Notes under the pieces: generated by a model | The model's input: the letters and a program-made list of their open reading frames with translations, nothing else | What the model was told of the DNA's origin: nothing | Database searches by the model: none | Made by a program: the position numbers and the translations under genes | Origin: Vampirovibrionaceae bacterium NZW_1234 | Lineage (GTDB): Bacteria; Cyanobacteriota; Vampirovibrionia; Vampirovibrionales; JAGQHJ01 | Length of the DNA stretch: 64,000 nucleotides | NCBI GenBank assembly: GCA_041697335.1 | Contig: JBGUGD010000038.1 | Span: 32,001 to 96,000 of the forward strand | Direction of reading: 5' to 3' | Shown: piece by piece, positions 1 to 10,300 of the stretch | Layout of the letters: every line of letters starts with the position of its first letter | How positions within the stretch are numbered: position 1 is the stretch's first letter

Positions 1-927
1 GCCTTGGAACGAGTCTTACGCACCCGCGTGGTTGATCGCACAGAGCTGATTCTAGATATTTTCGCCCAGCGAGCCCAATCCTGGGAAGGTAAAATCCAGG
101 TGGAATTGGCTCAACTCCAATACAAGCTACCCCGCCTGGCTGGCCGAGGCCATGGGTTCTCTCAGCAAACCGCCGGAGCTAAAGGCGGCGGAGGAATTGC
201 GACAAGAGGGCCAGGTGAAACAAAGCTGGAATTGGATCGACGTCGGCTACGTACTCGAATCACCGAGCTGGAACGCCAAGCAGAGCAAGTCCGTAAACAT
301 CGTCAACTTCAGCGTAAGGACCGCATGGAAAAAGGGCTTCCAATTATAGCCCTGGTGGGCTACACCAATGCGGGTAAATCCACCCTGCTCAACACCTTAA
401 CCAAAGCTGGGACTTTGTCTGAAGACAAACTTTTTGCCACGTTGGATCCCTTGGCCCGTCGTCTTGTTCGCCCCGGCCTTCCGGAATGTCTGGTTGTGGA
501 TACGGTTGGATTCATTCAAAAACTACCCACCACACTTGTCAAAGCATTTCGCTCAACCTTGGAAGAGGTGCAATCGGCGACGCTCATCTTCCATGTGGCG
601 GATCTGTCTCATCCGGATCGAATTGTCCACTTTGAGGCTGTGCAGGAAACTTTGCTTGCTCTAGAATGTGAGTCCACACCGCAATGGATTTTGTTAAACA
701 AAATCGACCAGGTAAAGCACCTGGATGAGGAGATGCACGCGCTTGAAGGCCTGTTACAGGAGTACTCCATTTTCCCGATCTCGGCAAAGACCGGTGAAGG
801 CTTGCCAGCGCTTTTGGATGCCTTGCAATCGTTTTTACAAGCCTCTGTTCAATCTGATGGCTCTGGTGTTGCTCATCGGTCTGATTCCGATGCCAGCATC
901 TGGGCAGAATCTGCTGGACCCGGATGA
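1..927 (+). CDS. hflX: GTPase HflX (5'-truncated by window edge)
   Basis: HflX N-domain motifs [34 protein letters not shown]-motifs [29 protein letters not shown]. Confidence 0.96.
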   Translation, partial: ALERVLRTRVVDRTELILDIFAQRAQSWEGKIQVELAQLQYKLPRLAGRGHGFSQQTAGAKGGGGIATRGPGETKLELDRRRLRTRITELERQAEQVRKHRQLQRKDRMEKGLPIIALVGYTNAGKSTLLNTLTKAGTLSEDKLFATLDPLARRLVRPGLPECLVVDTVGFIQKLPTTLVKAFRSTLEEVQSATLIFHVADLSHPDRIVHFEAVQETLLALECESTPQWILLNKIDQVKHLDEEMHALEGLLQEYSIFPISAKTGEGLPALLDALQSFLQASVQSDGSGVAHRSDSDASIWAESAGPG

Positions 928-1663
928 TTTAAGTTATCAAGTTAAACTCTTGGGTACCGTTACCTATGATAATGTAGAGCCCGGCGAGATCATTACACTG
1001 GACTCTGAGCTTCCTGAGACCAATACCTTGAGCTTGCTCCATCACGCTCTATGTCAGCGGCCTGCGGTAACGACAACATTAGGTGCCCTTGCTGTTGTCA
1101 AGGACGAATACCCTTTGTCATCCCGATTAACTCGCTGGAAGAACGCCTATACCGTTCTGTGGTCTTTTGGCGGCGGCATCGGCAATGGTGTTTTCAAAAA
1201 TATCGAAGGTCGCGATGAGGCCATTGACCTGCTGACTCAGAACTTTAAAAACCCGATTGGCCGGGCTATCACAGGTTATAATGTCGATAAAGACACATTC
1301 AGGACAAATTATATTGAACATCCGGTGCTCTGGTACAGCATGGCAACGTTGCTTAAAAACTGGGGAGCCACAAATAAAGAAGCATTAGTTGAATCCCAGG
1401 TTGCCAGTTTCCTTTGGGAGCACGTGATGGAAGGAACTTATGTAGCGCCTTCCGGAAAAGATATTATTACTAACTTTCTGAGCTGTGCCGCAGCCATTTA
1501 TTTATATGATAAGGCTCCTGGGCGCTATGTTGCCGGCAAGTTAAAGGCCATTCAAGATTGGGGCAGCAAGAAAAATATGAGCCTGGTCCCCACCTTTGGT
1601 CGGGGTATCGCCCCGTGGGGCGGTGGCCGCATGGGTACCAAGCTGGTTTGGTATATTCGTTAA
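818..1663 (+). CDS. Exported/membrane protein, DUF3943-like
   Basis: Hydrophobic signal-like stretch [16 protein letters not shown]; pattern D.F..NY..HP...S..WE...E....PS..D.I resembles DUF3943. Start uncertain (818 or 857); overlaps the hflX 3' end. Confidence 0.6.
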   Translation: MPCNRFYKPLFNLMALVLLIGLIPMPASGQNLLDPDDLSYQVKLLGTVTYDNVEPGEIITLDSELPETNTLSLLHHALCQRPAVTTTLGALAVVKDEYPLSSRLTRWKNAYTVLWSFGGGIGNGVFKNIEGRDEAIDLLTQNFKNPIGRAITGYNVDKDTFRTNYIEHPVLWYSMATLLKNWGATNKEALVESQVASFLWEHVMEGTYVAPSGKDIITNFLSCAAAIYLYDKAPGRYVAGKLKAIQDWGSKKNMSLVPTFGRGIAPWGGGRMGTKLVWYIR

Positions 1664-1767
1664 TTCAAACCGACGCCGGGAAGGGCAACAGCCAAAGCCA
1701 TTGTTGGCCTGATTTCACACCGTCATGTGGTATCAGCAGACTTTTTATAAACTCCTTGAAAAATGGA

Positions 1768-1795
1768 CCGACAAGACGGATAGTCGTCTTGTCGG
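1768..1795 (-). terminator. Hairpin between convergent genes, probable intrinsic terminator
   Basis: Perfect 11-bp stem ccgacaagacg/cgtcttgtcgg; T-rich tract follows on the minus strand. Confidence 0.65.
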
Positions 1796-1827
1796 CTAGG
1801 GTATCTGGGTTTTATCTCTGGGTGAAC

Positions 1828-2940
1828 TTATGCCATACAAGCGGCTTGACGCTGTGGAAATGGAATGATATTACCACCCATCAATCCAGCAGCAGGAACT
1901 GGGCTGGTTTGTGGAGGTACCGGTGCACCGGGAACCGGTGTTTGTAAATCCCGATGCAATTGATTTAAAAAGTCCGAATTATCCGGCCAGTCACTATGGC
2001 GGATTTCGGGGCCAAAACGTCTTTCCGCATCATTACTATCCAGGTGTGGAGATCTGCCACGCATGAATGGTAATACCGGTACCCAAGTCAAAACTTCATC
2101 CCCACTGGAGGTGTAATTATACACCTGGATCCGGCTTGGGGTTCTGCTCATAAATGAGGGCAACGGACTTCCTGCGGTAGCCATACGCTCAACACGCACA
2201 CCTCGCTCAGCCAACTGTGGATCGTCTTCAGCACGCACGGCTAGGGTATTTACAGCAACACCGCCACCACTAAAACCAATGAGATTGACTTGAATTTGCT
2301 CACCATTCCTTGAGCGGGGCATTGCATTGACGAATTGCTGGTAGAGGTCATTTGAGGCGGCAGAGTTTGGATTGGACAGCTGAAGATAGTGCATACAGTT
2401 TCTCGCCAAATTAAACACCTGTGTGGCGAATTTTTGGGCTTTGTAACTGAGCTGACGCACACCATTGCGGAAATTACGGCCAATTCTGCCAAAAAACCCT
2501 TCGTTTTCCGGCGGCTGCTCCATTTCCGGTTCTGGAGGCAAGCACTCATCTAACCCGGGGTACTTGCTTTCAAGAACAATAATATCTTCATCCGGGATCC
2601 CTCGTTCTCTAAGAGACTGGACAAATCGTTCACGCGGACAATGATTTTCACGAGAGAAAAAACCACAATGATAGACATAAACCTGTCTTACCGATTGACC
2701 TTGATTCTGGGATTGACCCAGTTGAGCCAACCGAGACGTCACAGCCTGAACCTGAGGAACATTCTGAGTATTAACACTCGCTGCGCTCCCTGCCACGGGT
2801 GGCTGAGATGCTGAGCGCATCTGCAAGAAACGCAGATCTCTCGGCGCACTCTCGTCTGCAACAGTAGTGGGTTGTACAGGAGTTTCTCCGGAATTCTCTG
2901 TTGAGAGAACACCGGGTAACATGCTGATGGAATCAACCAT
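1828..2940 (-). CDS. Alpha/beta-hydrolase-fold (lipase/esterase-like) protein with long low-complexity N-terminus
   Basis: VNLIGFSGGG nucleophile elbow, ATAGSP, downstream Asp (GDEV) and His (RHSDW) candidates. Confidence 0.6.
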   Translation of the reverse strand: MVDSISMLPGVLSTENSGETPVQPTTVADESAPRDLRFLQMRSASQPPVAGSAASVNTQNVPQVQAVTSRLAQLGQSQNQGQSVRQVYVYHCGFFSRENHCPRERFVQSLRERGIPDEDIIVLESKYPGLDECLPPEPEMEQPPENEGFFGRIGRNFRNGVRQLSYKAQKFATQVFNLARNCMHYLQLSNPNSAASNDLYQQFVNAMPRSRNGEQIQVNLIGFSGGGVAVNTLAVRAEDDPQLAERGVRVERMATAGSPLPSFMSRTPSRIQVYNYTSSGDEVLTWVPVLPFMRGRSPHLDSNDAERRFGPEIRHSDWPDNSDFLNQLHRDLQTPVPGAPVPPQTSPVPAAGLMGGNIIPFPQRQAACMA

Positions 2941-3351
2941 TGAGTTACATTCCTACTTTCCCTATGCTGACACTATGTATCCACTTCATACGTCATTGCA
3001 GGACTGTGGAATCCCTGCATCAAGGCGCTAAGCCTATGTCATGAAGGATGATAAGATGTCGCCATGATGGTCAAAATAATAAATAGCTTGAGTACCGCGA
3101 ACACGCAGTTAATATTCATACACAACATCTCCCCTAGGTACCGCTGCATTAAAACAGAAACCTCCCCCCGGTACCTGTGAGCATAAAAACGATTTTTATA
3201 AAAAATTTGTTATTCACACAGGCAGATATGATGCTTTTTTAATAACTTTTTTTTAAAGCATACAGGGGATTTTGGATTCGCGTTGATTCTTGTAGCGGCT
3301 TTGGCTATAATCCTCTGCATACTAAAAGCTGTTGTGGGAGTCTGATCGTTT

Positions 3352-4023
3352 ATGAAAGTCGGGTTGAGGGTGAACACCTTTATTCAGTCTGCTAACCAGC
3401 TATATCCCTCCGCCCCTGTCAGATTCGGGCAAGAAAATCAGACTCCTGATTTTTCCGACGAGGACGACCTATTTTTTAATAATGAAAATCCTCCGGACAA
3501 CGCTGACAGTTTGCGTGACATTTGCAAAGCCTTTGGGGGGATTACCTACGAGCCCTCCGAGATGATGGCTCCCCATAATACGCTCCGAGAACTGACAACA
3601 GATGATTTAAAAGAGATGGCTGAAAACGGCTCCCGTAATTTTCGGGTTTGGCTTGAGTTGGCGACACGTTATCAACATGGACGCGAAACACCTCGGGATA
3701 TTAAACAGGCAGAGCAATGTTATCGTACGGCCAGTAAAATGGCACCCGAGGGCAAGTATTGGTGTGCCATCTTTCTGCTGAACGAATTAGCCATGACAGA
3801 GCACGTGCCGTTATCCACTCAATTCGGAAACGCGTTTCGCCGAAAGCCATGGCCCACGCCGCTTCAAGCCGAAGCATATCAACTGTTTTATTTGGCATCC
3901 ATTAGTGACCAGTCACGATACGAAGTTCAAGAGGCGGTTATTGAGCGCCAAAAGCTGGAACAGCAACTGGCACCCAAGGCCTTACTGGCACTTCGTTTGG
4001 CTTTACAAAAGAAAAAAACATAA
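3352..4023 (+). CDS. Sel1-like repeat protein with RFG leader
   Basis: LATRYQHGRETPRDIKQAEQCYRTA matches the Sel1 repeat pattern; APVRFG near residue 25. Confidence 0.65.
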   Translation: MKVGLRVNTFIQSANQLYPSAPVRFGQENQTPDFSDEDDLFFNNENPPDNADSLRDICKAFGGITYEPSEMMAPHNTLRELTTDDLKEMAENGSRNFRVWLELATRYQHGRETPRDIKQAEQCYRTASKMAPEGKYWCAIFLLNELAMTEHVPLSTQFGNAFRRKPWPTPLQAEAYQLFYLASISDQSRYEVQEAVIERQKLEQQLAPKALLALRLALQKKKT

Positions 4024-4231
4024 TCCGTACTTTTCTGCCGACAACGTTGAAGACCCATCGATTCTGGTGAACACCGTCCATAATTATTTGTTTATATAAA
4101 TTAACAAAACATCATCAAATTCCGTACACCGGTTTTTATGCCTGTATAGGAATAGAGAGACCCATTTGGCATGCCTGTGGCTAAAATGCCCGCTGCCTGA
4201 ATTGGGAAAACAGGAAAGAGAGGAAACGTAG

Positions 4232-5230
4232 ATGTCCATTGGTGGCAGTGCCATTAATATGAACCAGGCAATGGGTATTCAACAGTCGTTGAATACGGAT
4301 TTGGCTGCTCGCCGCCAATTGCTCACCAACCCTGCAATTTCAGGATATACCGACCGTAAACTGTCCAGTGCTCTGGCTCAGGCAAACTCTATCTTTAATA
4401 GCCTGCAAGGTGGCGGTCTTGGCGGAGGCCTCGACGTGCTCTCCACATTAGGTGGAGTCGGCCTCGAAAGCATGAATTTGTACGGTCTTGGCGCCCTCGG
4501 CTTAGGGCGTTACGATTCGTTTAATAATGATGTTCTTTTAAACCAGGTTCTGAGCCCAACCTCGCAATTAGGGCAAGGACTGGAAGCCTTGAGTGGCCCG
4601 GGCACCATGGCCGGAAACTTAATGGCCAAGGCAAAGCAAACCGCCCTTCAGCAGTCACAGCAACAGCTTGCGCAGCTGAATCAAACCTATGCTCAAACGG
4701 TTCAGACCTTACAACTCAAGCAGCGTTTCGGTATTCCCATTATGCAGCAGGAGCTGGTCCAGTTTCAGATGCTCCAGCAGACCTATGCTCAAGCGGTACA
4801 ACAGTATCAGCGAACCGTATTACAATTCCAAGCACCCCAAATGCAGCAACAACCCGCATTCGGCGGTTCTCCCTTTGCCGGCATGACAAGCCAAGGTGCC
4901 TTAGGCGGCTTTGGCCAGCAGGCAGGCTTTGCCAGCCCATTCGGCGGCGGCGGCGGAGGAGGAGGCTTCGGCGGCGGGTTTGGCAGTCCCATGGGGGTCG
5001 GCGGATTCCCTGGCGGATTTGGCGCTCAGGCCAACCCCGGACTAGGAGATCTTGGCACCGTATGGGGCGGCGGCGGATCCGGTACGGGCTTTGGAGGTGT
5101 TCCCATCACCTCTGGCGGAGGTGTATTCGGTTCAACACCAACCTATAGTTTTCAACCCAGCTATGGCCAAGCCATCCTCGGCCCTCAGTTCGGCATGGTA
5201 CAAGGTCAACCCCAGAGAGCCTTTTTCTAA
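4232..5230 (+). CDS. Gly/Gln/Phe-rich low-complexity hypothetical protein
   Basis: 332-aa ORF with upstream gagagga RBS; Q-rich helical centre, FG-rich tail. Confidence 0.75.
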   Translation: MSIGGSAINMNQAMGIQQSLNTDLAARRQLLTNPAISGYTDRKLSSALAQANSIFNSLQGGGLGGGLDVLSTLGGVGLESMNLYGLGALGLGRYDSFNNDVLLNQVLSPTSQLGQGLEALSGPGTMAGNLMAKAKQTALQQSQQQLAQLNQTYAQTVQTLQLKQRFGIPIMQQELVQFQMLQQTYAQAVQQYQRTVLQFQAPQMQQQPAFGGSPFAGMTSQGALGGFGQQAGFASPFGGGGGGGGFGGGFGSPMGVGGFPGGFGAQANPGLGDLGTVWGGGGSGTGFGGVPITSGGGVFGSTPTYSFQPSYGQAILGPQFGMVQGQPQRAFF

Positions 5231-5236
5231 AGCCGT

Positions 5237-5776
5237 TTAATACCCATAGGGCATCCAGGCCCGAGAATAGGTACCGTACGAATAATAGGATGTCGGCGGC
5301 ATACCAGGGCGATAAGGTATCCCTGGGGTCGCCATCATTAGCGGCATCGATTGCATGGTAGAAACGCGATTGTCCGGCATCGGCCCTTCGACGACCTGCG
5401 TGTTTATTCCCGGCATGGGAGTCATTGAGGCTTCAGACGACTTGGTGCTCAAGCCTATAATTTCAGATGGTCGTGATGATTTTGGAAAACAGCGTGCTGC
5501 AATACGGCGCATCACTTCGTATCCGAGAACAGGCAAAACCGAGGCCCCTAACCAAATCCCAAAGGCTTTTGGCAGTGTTTTCGCCCGAAAGCCATAGCGA
5601 TGGGCAATATAGAGCGTTCCGGCCATACCGCCCCAAAAACCCAGATGTTTGAATGCCATCCGCATGCGGCTGTTTCTATCCTTGGTCCAGGTCAAGTGAA
5701 GCCCGACCATGTAGGCCACAGGGAGCCCTGCACTCAACAGGGTGCCAAGAATACGATGCGTACGTGTCAGTCCCAT
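5237..5776 (-). CDS. Hypothetical membrane protein
   Basis: Three hydrophobic segments plus a Pro/Met-rich tail. Confidence 0.6.
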   Translation of the reverse strand: MGLTRTHRILGTLLSAGLPVAYMVGLHLTWTKDRNSRMRMAFKHLGFWGGMAGTLYIAHRYGFRAKTLPKAFGIWLGASVLPVLGYEVMRRIAARCFPKSSRPSEIIGLSTKSSEASMTPMPGINTQVVEGPMPDNRVSTMQSMPLMMATPGIPYRPGMPPTSYYSYGTYSRAWMPYGY

Positions 5777-5814
5777 GGGGCTATCCTAGCGAAAGCAAAG
5801 CCTTGCCGCAATAC

Positions 5815-6279
5815 TTAACGTGATGATACCGGCTCCGAGCTACCGGTGACCGTATTTTTCGACCGATAAGCAACCCCGCGAAACAGAGCAACAATCTGGT
5901 TTTCCTGATTAGACACCCGGACATCATAGACACCGGTCCTACCCTGGTAGGATAATTCCTCCGCACTAGCCGTCAAGACGTCACCCACCTTGGCAGGCAC
6001 CGTATAGGAAATGCTGCACTGCAAGGCATAGGTCACTTGATTCCGGGAGTTACAGGCAAAGGCAAACGCCGTATCCGCCAGGGCAAAGCTGACGCCGCCA
6101 TGACACACGCCAAGGCCATTGATCATATCGGGCCGAATGGTTAGCCCCAAAACGGCTTTGCCCGGCTGCACATCCAGGATATTGACTCCTAAATGCTGCG
6201 CGTGCTGATCGTGGGCCAGCATAAATTCAGCCACCTCCCACGCAGACGGATGCGGATGAGATGAAGCGTTGTTAGCCAT
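5815..6279 (-). CDS. paaI: PaaI-family (phenylacetyl-CoA) hotdog thioesterase
   Basis: NGLGVCHGGVSFALADTAFAFACNS and GRTGVYDV motifs; RBS upstream of ATG 6279. Confidence 0.88.
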   Translation of the reverse strand: MANNASSHPHPSAWEVAEFMLAHDQHAQHLGVNILDVQPGKAVLGLTIRPDMINGLGVCHGGVSFALADTAFAFACNSRNQVTYALQCSISYTVPAKVGDVLTASAEELSYQGRTGVYDVRVSNQENQIVALFRGVAYRSKNTVTGSSEPVSSR

Positions 6280-6629
6280 AATCGTTCTCCTGAGGCGCCG
6301 AATCACTTATGAAAGGCATCTTAGTGCAGACCCCGGCGAAGTCGCAAGCAGATTGATCCAAAGGAGGATGGAAAGATTAACCCTTGGATAATTGTCGGGT
6401 CAGGTTAAGTGAACATGGGTAATTCCAAAAATCCAAACGCCAAGAACCCCATAAATGGCTTAACCCAACACGTTCATTCCTGAAAGCTTAAGCCAGCAGA
6501 TTAATACGTTGGTTGTGCCCGCATCTTAGAATTTAAAAAACTTAATAACTCTTACAGTTCTGATATGTTTTCACGATATATCTCATATATCGAGAGAGTT
6601 ATATAACGAAGTGATGGAGGGTCGCTCGC

Positions 6630-7292
6630 ATGTCACGGATGAGCGCTAAACTAGTTCTGCTTGGATTAATTGTAGGAATAATGGGAGCGACTGTTCCTGT
6701 ATCGGCTGTTGTGGATGACGTCAATCATGCCCAACTCGGTTTTTTGCCGAGCCAACCGTATTTAATGCCCATTGAAGACAAACATACCCCATCGGCCAAT
6801 CCCACGGATTCACCCACGCCGTTAAAAATTAAAGTGTCCAAGTTCTATGATGCCGTGGAAGAAGCCTTTAATCCGCAAGTGGTGGTGATGCAAAACCATC
6901 GTGTTTTAGGGGGCGAAGTGGATATGTCTCGCAGTGCAAATAAACGTCTGCCCGCCGAGAAATTCCCCTTTACACTGAATTTTAAAAATAAAGCCAATAT
7001 CCGCCCTGTACTGACGATTGGCTCCATTTCAGGCATTAACACACCCGAAGCGCATAAGCGGGGCCAGGCGAGTGCCAACCACATCAGCAGCCCGGTGGTG
7101 ATTAAAGTCAATGGGATTCGGGTCCAGTACGTCTACGAAAACGGCCAGAATATCAAACTGGCCATTCCACCCCATGTGTTTCGCAAGGAAGGTTTTAACA
7201 CCATCCAGGTGGAAGCGGGATATTACTTCCCCGAGGATAACCGGATCGCTTACGATGAAATCCACCTCGACAACATCGGCCTGGATTTCTAG
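6630..7292 (+). CDS. Secreted hypothetical protein
   Basis: Sec-type signal peptide (basic, hydrophobic, VSA); ggagg RBS; beta-rich C-terminus. Confidence 0.7.
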   Translation: MSRMSAKLVLLGLIVGIMGATVPVSAVVDDVNHAQLGFLPSQPYLMPIEDKHTPSANPTDSPTPLKIKVSKFYDAVEEAFNPQVVVMQNHRVLGGEVDMSRSANKRLPAEKFPFTLNFKNKANIRPVLTIGSISGINTPEAHKRGQASANHISSPVVIKVNGIRVQYVYENGQNIKLAIPPHVFRKEGFNTIQVEAGYYFPEDNRIAYDEIHLDNIGLDF

Positions 7293-7380
7293 AAGTAGAC
7301 CAACGGAATTTCTAAACTCAAAAACGCCCTTGATGATGACATCAAGGGCGTTTGAATTGGGTTTCCGGTTATCGGAAAAA

Positions 7381-10300
7381 CTAGAAGTTCCGGAACGGAA
7401 TGAAGGAAGCGCCATTACCGTTGCCGCCGAGGCCGCCTTGACCCAAGAAGGAGAAGGGACCACCAGGCAGGTTAATGGTATTGCCTTTGAATTCGTTCTG
7501 AATTTGAGTGGCGATCCGAGAGCCCAAGCTGCCAGCCAGGTTTCTCAGCTTACCAGAATCATCATCATCCGGAACGTTAACGAAAGCCGCACCGCCAGGA
7601 GTGATAAGGAGAATCACCTTACCTACGCCAATGGCATCGGGCAGCTTCACGTAAGCTAAGCTGTCGCCCGGCAGAGCCACATCGATGTCACCGAACGGCG
7701 ACAGGTTGTTGCCGACGAACTGAACGCCCGGGGCGGTCAATCTATCTGCAGCGCTGGTGGCGCCACCGGTAAAGTAGATGTCATTACCGGCGTTCATCAC
7801 CACGTTCTCGAAGGCCGCACCGCTATCCGAGAAAGGAGTCGATTCCTGGACGGAGAACAAGGTGTTGAAGGTCAGATCCAGCGGATTACCCGTCAGAACC
7901 ACCCGACCAATGGTGATGGTGGTGTTGGTGAACTGATCCCCGATGAAGAGGTCGTTGACATTGGCAATGTCAAAGGCCAACTGAGGCAGTTGCAACACGC
8001 CGGTTCCGCCACCCACACCGATGGTGGTGGTGGGGTTGAAGGCGGCATAACTCAAGAAGTCGGAGTTAATGGATCCGCCCAGGAAGAGCATATTGTCTGA
8101 CTTCAGCGCCACTCGGCCAGTCAAGAGGTTAGAGTTGATGGTGGTGGTCGGCGCCAGGGTTAACAGGCCGGTGGAGCCTTGAATGGTGACATCAACCGAG
8201 GTGTCGCCTTGGAGCAGGCCTGCCAGGGTAATGTTGCTGTCATTCAAGGTCTTAACGGTGGCTGTTGTAGCGCCTTGAACCGTACTGCCATCGCTCAACA
8301 GGATATCCGAGAGGCTACCGGCAGTTTGAACCAGAATGCTTCCTGTGGTGCTTTCGTTGCTGCCACCCAGGGTAATACCACTGTTGTTACCCACGGTGTT
8401 GAACGAGACAGGACCATTGGCTTCAACGCTGGAGCCCGCTACCTGATTGATAGTCGAGCCGGTACCAAGCGTGATGATTGCGAAACTACCATCGCTGGTA
8501 ATATTGGCTGTTGAGCCAAGGGTCACAGGAGCATCGCTACCAACAGTGGTGATGTTCACCGAGTTGCCATTGTTGGTAATGTCACCGTTCAAGGTGATCG
8601 ACGCATTGCTACCGATGGTCAGCAAATTCACACCCGTGTCAGCCGTGATGGTGTTAGTTGCACCGGTTTGGATGGTTGACCCAGAGCCTATAGTTGTCAG
8701 GCTGACGCCAGAGTCAGTCGCTGTCACAGTACCGTTCAGGTCAATAGTGCTGTCGGAACCAATGGTTGTAAAGGAAATACCGTCATCGGCCGTGATGGAA
8801 GCCCCATCGGCTTGGGAGATACCGGAATTATTGCCAATGGTGAGCATTGTAACTTCGCCGTCAGTCGTCAGGCTACCGGCATTGATGTCGGATGTCGATT
8901 CCAGGGTTATCGCACTATTGGAACTAATTGTCGTTACCTCAACATCAGAGTGACCCTGGATGGAACCACCCAAGGTGATGCCGGAGTTAGCTCCAATCGT
9001 GGTTAACTCAACGGTATCAGCCTCAAGATTGCTCGTAGCGCTTGCGATAATCTCACTGTCAGCTCCGAGAGTGACGACATCGATATTATTGTCACTGGTC
9101 GTTGACCCATTCAAGATAATATCGCTATCTGTTGAGTAGGTTAGGTAATCAACGCTGAGGGTGCCGCTGACGGTGGTTCCCGCTTGCTGGGTAATGTCGC
9201 CATCGGTGCCAAGGGTCACGATGTCAACATGAGCGGTCGAATTGATATTGGCGTTCAGATTGATATCACCTTCCCTTGCGGTCAATTCGACATTATTGGC
9301 ATCCACTTGCGTATCAACCACCAGATCCCCTTCAGCGTTTCCGTTGTCTGCGGTCACCGAAGGCTCGAAGGTGGTAATCGTCAGGTTGCCGGAGCCCAGG
9401 TTGGCATCCGTCTCCAAGGTCAAGCCATCCTTGTCATTCAGGGTGACGTGCCCCCCGTTGGTTGTGAGCGACAGCGTCGTTGTATCGACATTGAGGGCTG
9501 TGACATTACCGCCATTGGTATTGAAGTTCAAGTCGGAAGCCGTTAAATCACCAATGACCTGATCAATGTCACCGCTATCTTCAACGGTCAGGTTGACGGT
9601 AGCGCCGTTGACGTTGCCATCCAAGGTAATGCCGGATTCAGCATTGCCGTTGTCGGCCGTATTGGCACCGTGACCAGCGGTTACGGACAAGGTACCGGCA
9701 CCCACTTCGGCGCTGGTGATGGTCAAGCCATCTTTGTCAACCACGCTGGCATTACCACCGGCTGCACCACCCACGGTCGTATCAATGGTCAAGTTGGTGG
9801 TATCGACGTTGTGGAGGTCAATATCCCCACCTGTCGTGGTCAGGTTCAAGTTGGTAGCGACGACGGAGCTGCCCGGCTCATCGATGTCAAAGGTGCCGGA
9901 AAGCACGTTCAGGTTCACGGTCTGACCGGCCACATCCCCAATAATGGAGAGGTTGTTCTCGGTATTACCGTTATCGGCTGTAGCAGTAGTACTTTGAGCA
10001 TTGATGGTCAAGGTGCCGGTGCCGACATTAGAATTACCAACCTTCACGCCATCGGTATCGGTCACGGTTGCGTTACCACCGCTGGTGTTCACGGTCAAGG
10101 TTTCGGTATCCACATTGTTGGCTGTGACATTGCCGCCCGTGGTGCTGAAGTTCAAGTCGGTGGCCGTCAGGTTGCCCGAGCTTTGAACGATGTTGCCAGC
10201 GCCACTGTTGACGTTCAAGTTCACGGTCTGACCGTTCACGTTACCTGCCAGGGTCAGGTTGCCTTCCAGCAAGCTGACACCGTTATTGGCCGTGCTGCCA

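Noticed and set aside
725..817. Extended start giving a 200-bp overlap with hflX
   Set aside because: Alternative-frame read-through; the signal-like sequence begins at 818-857
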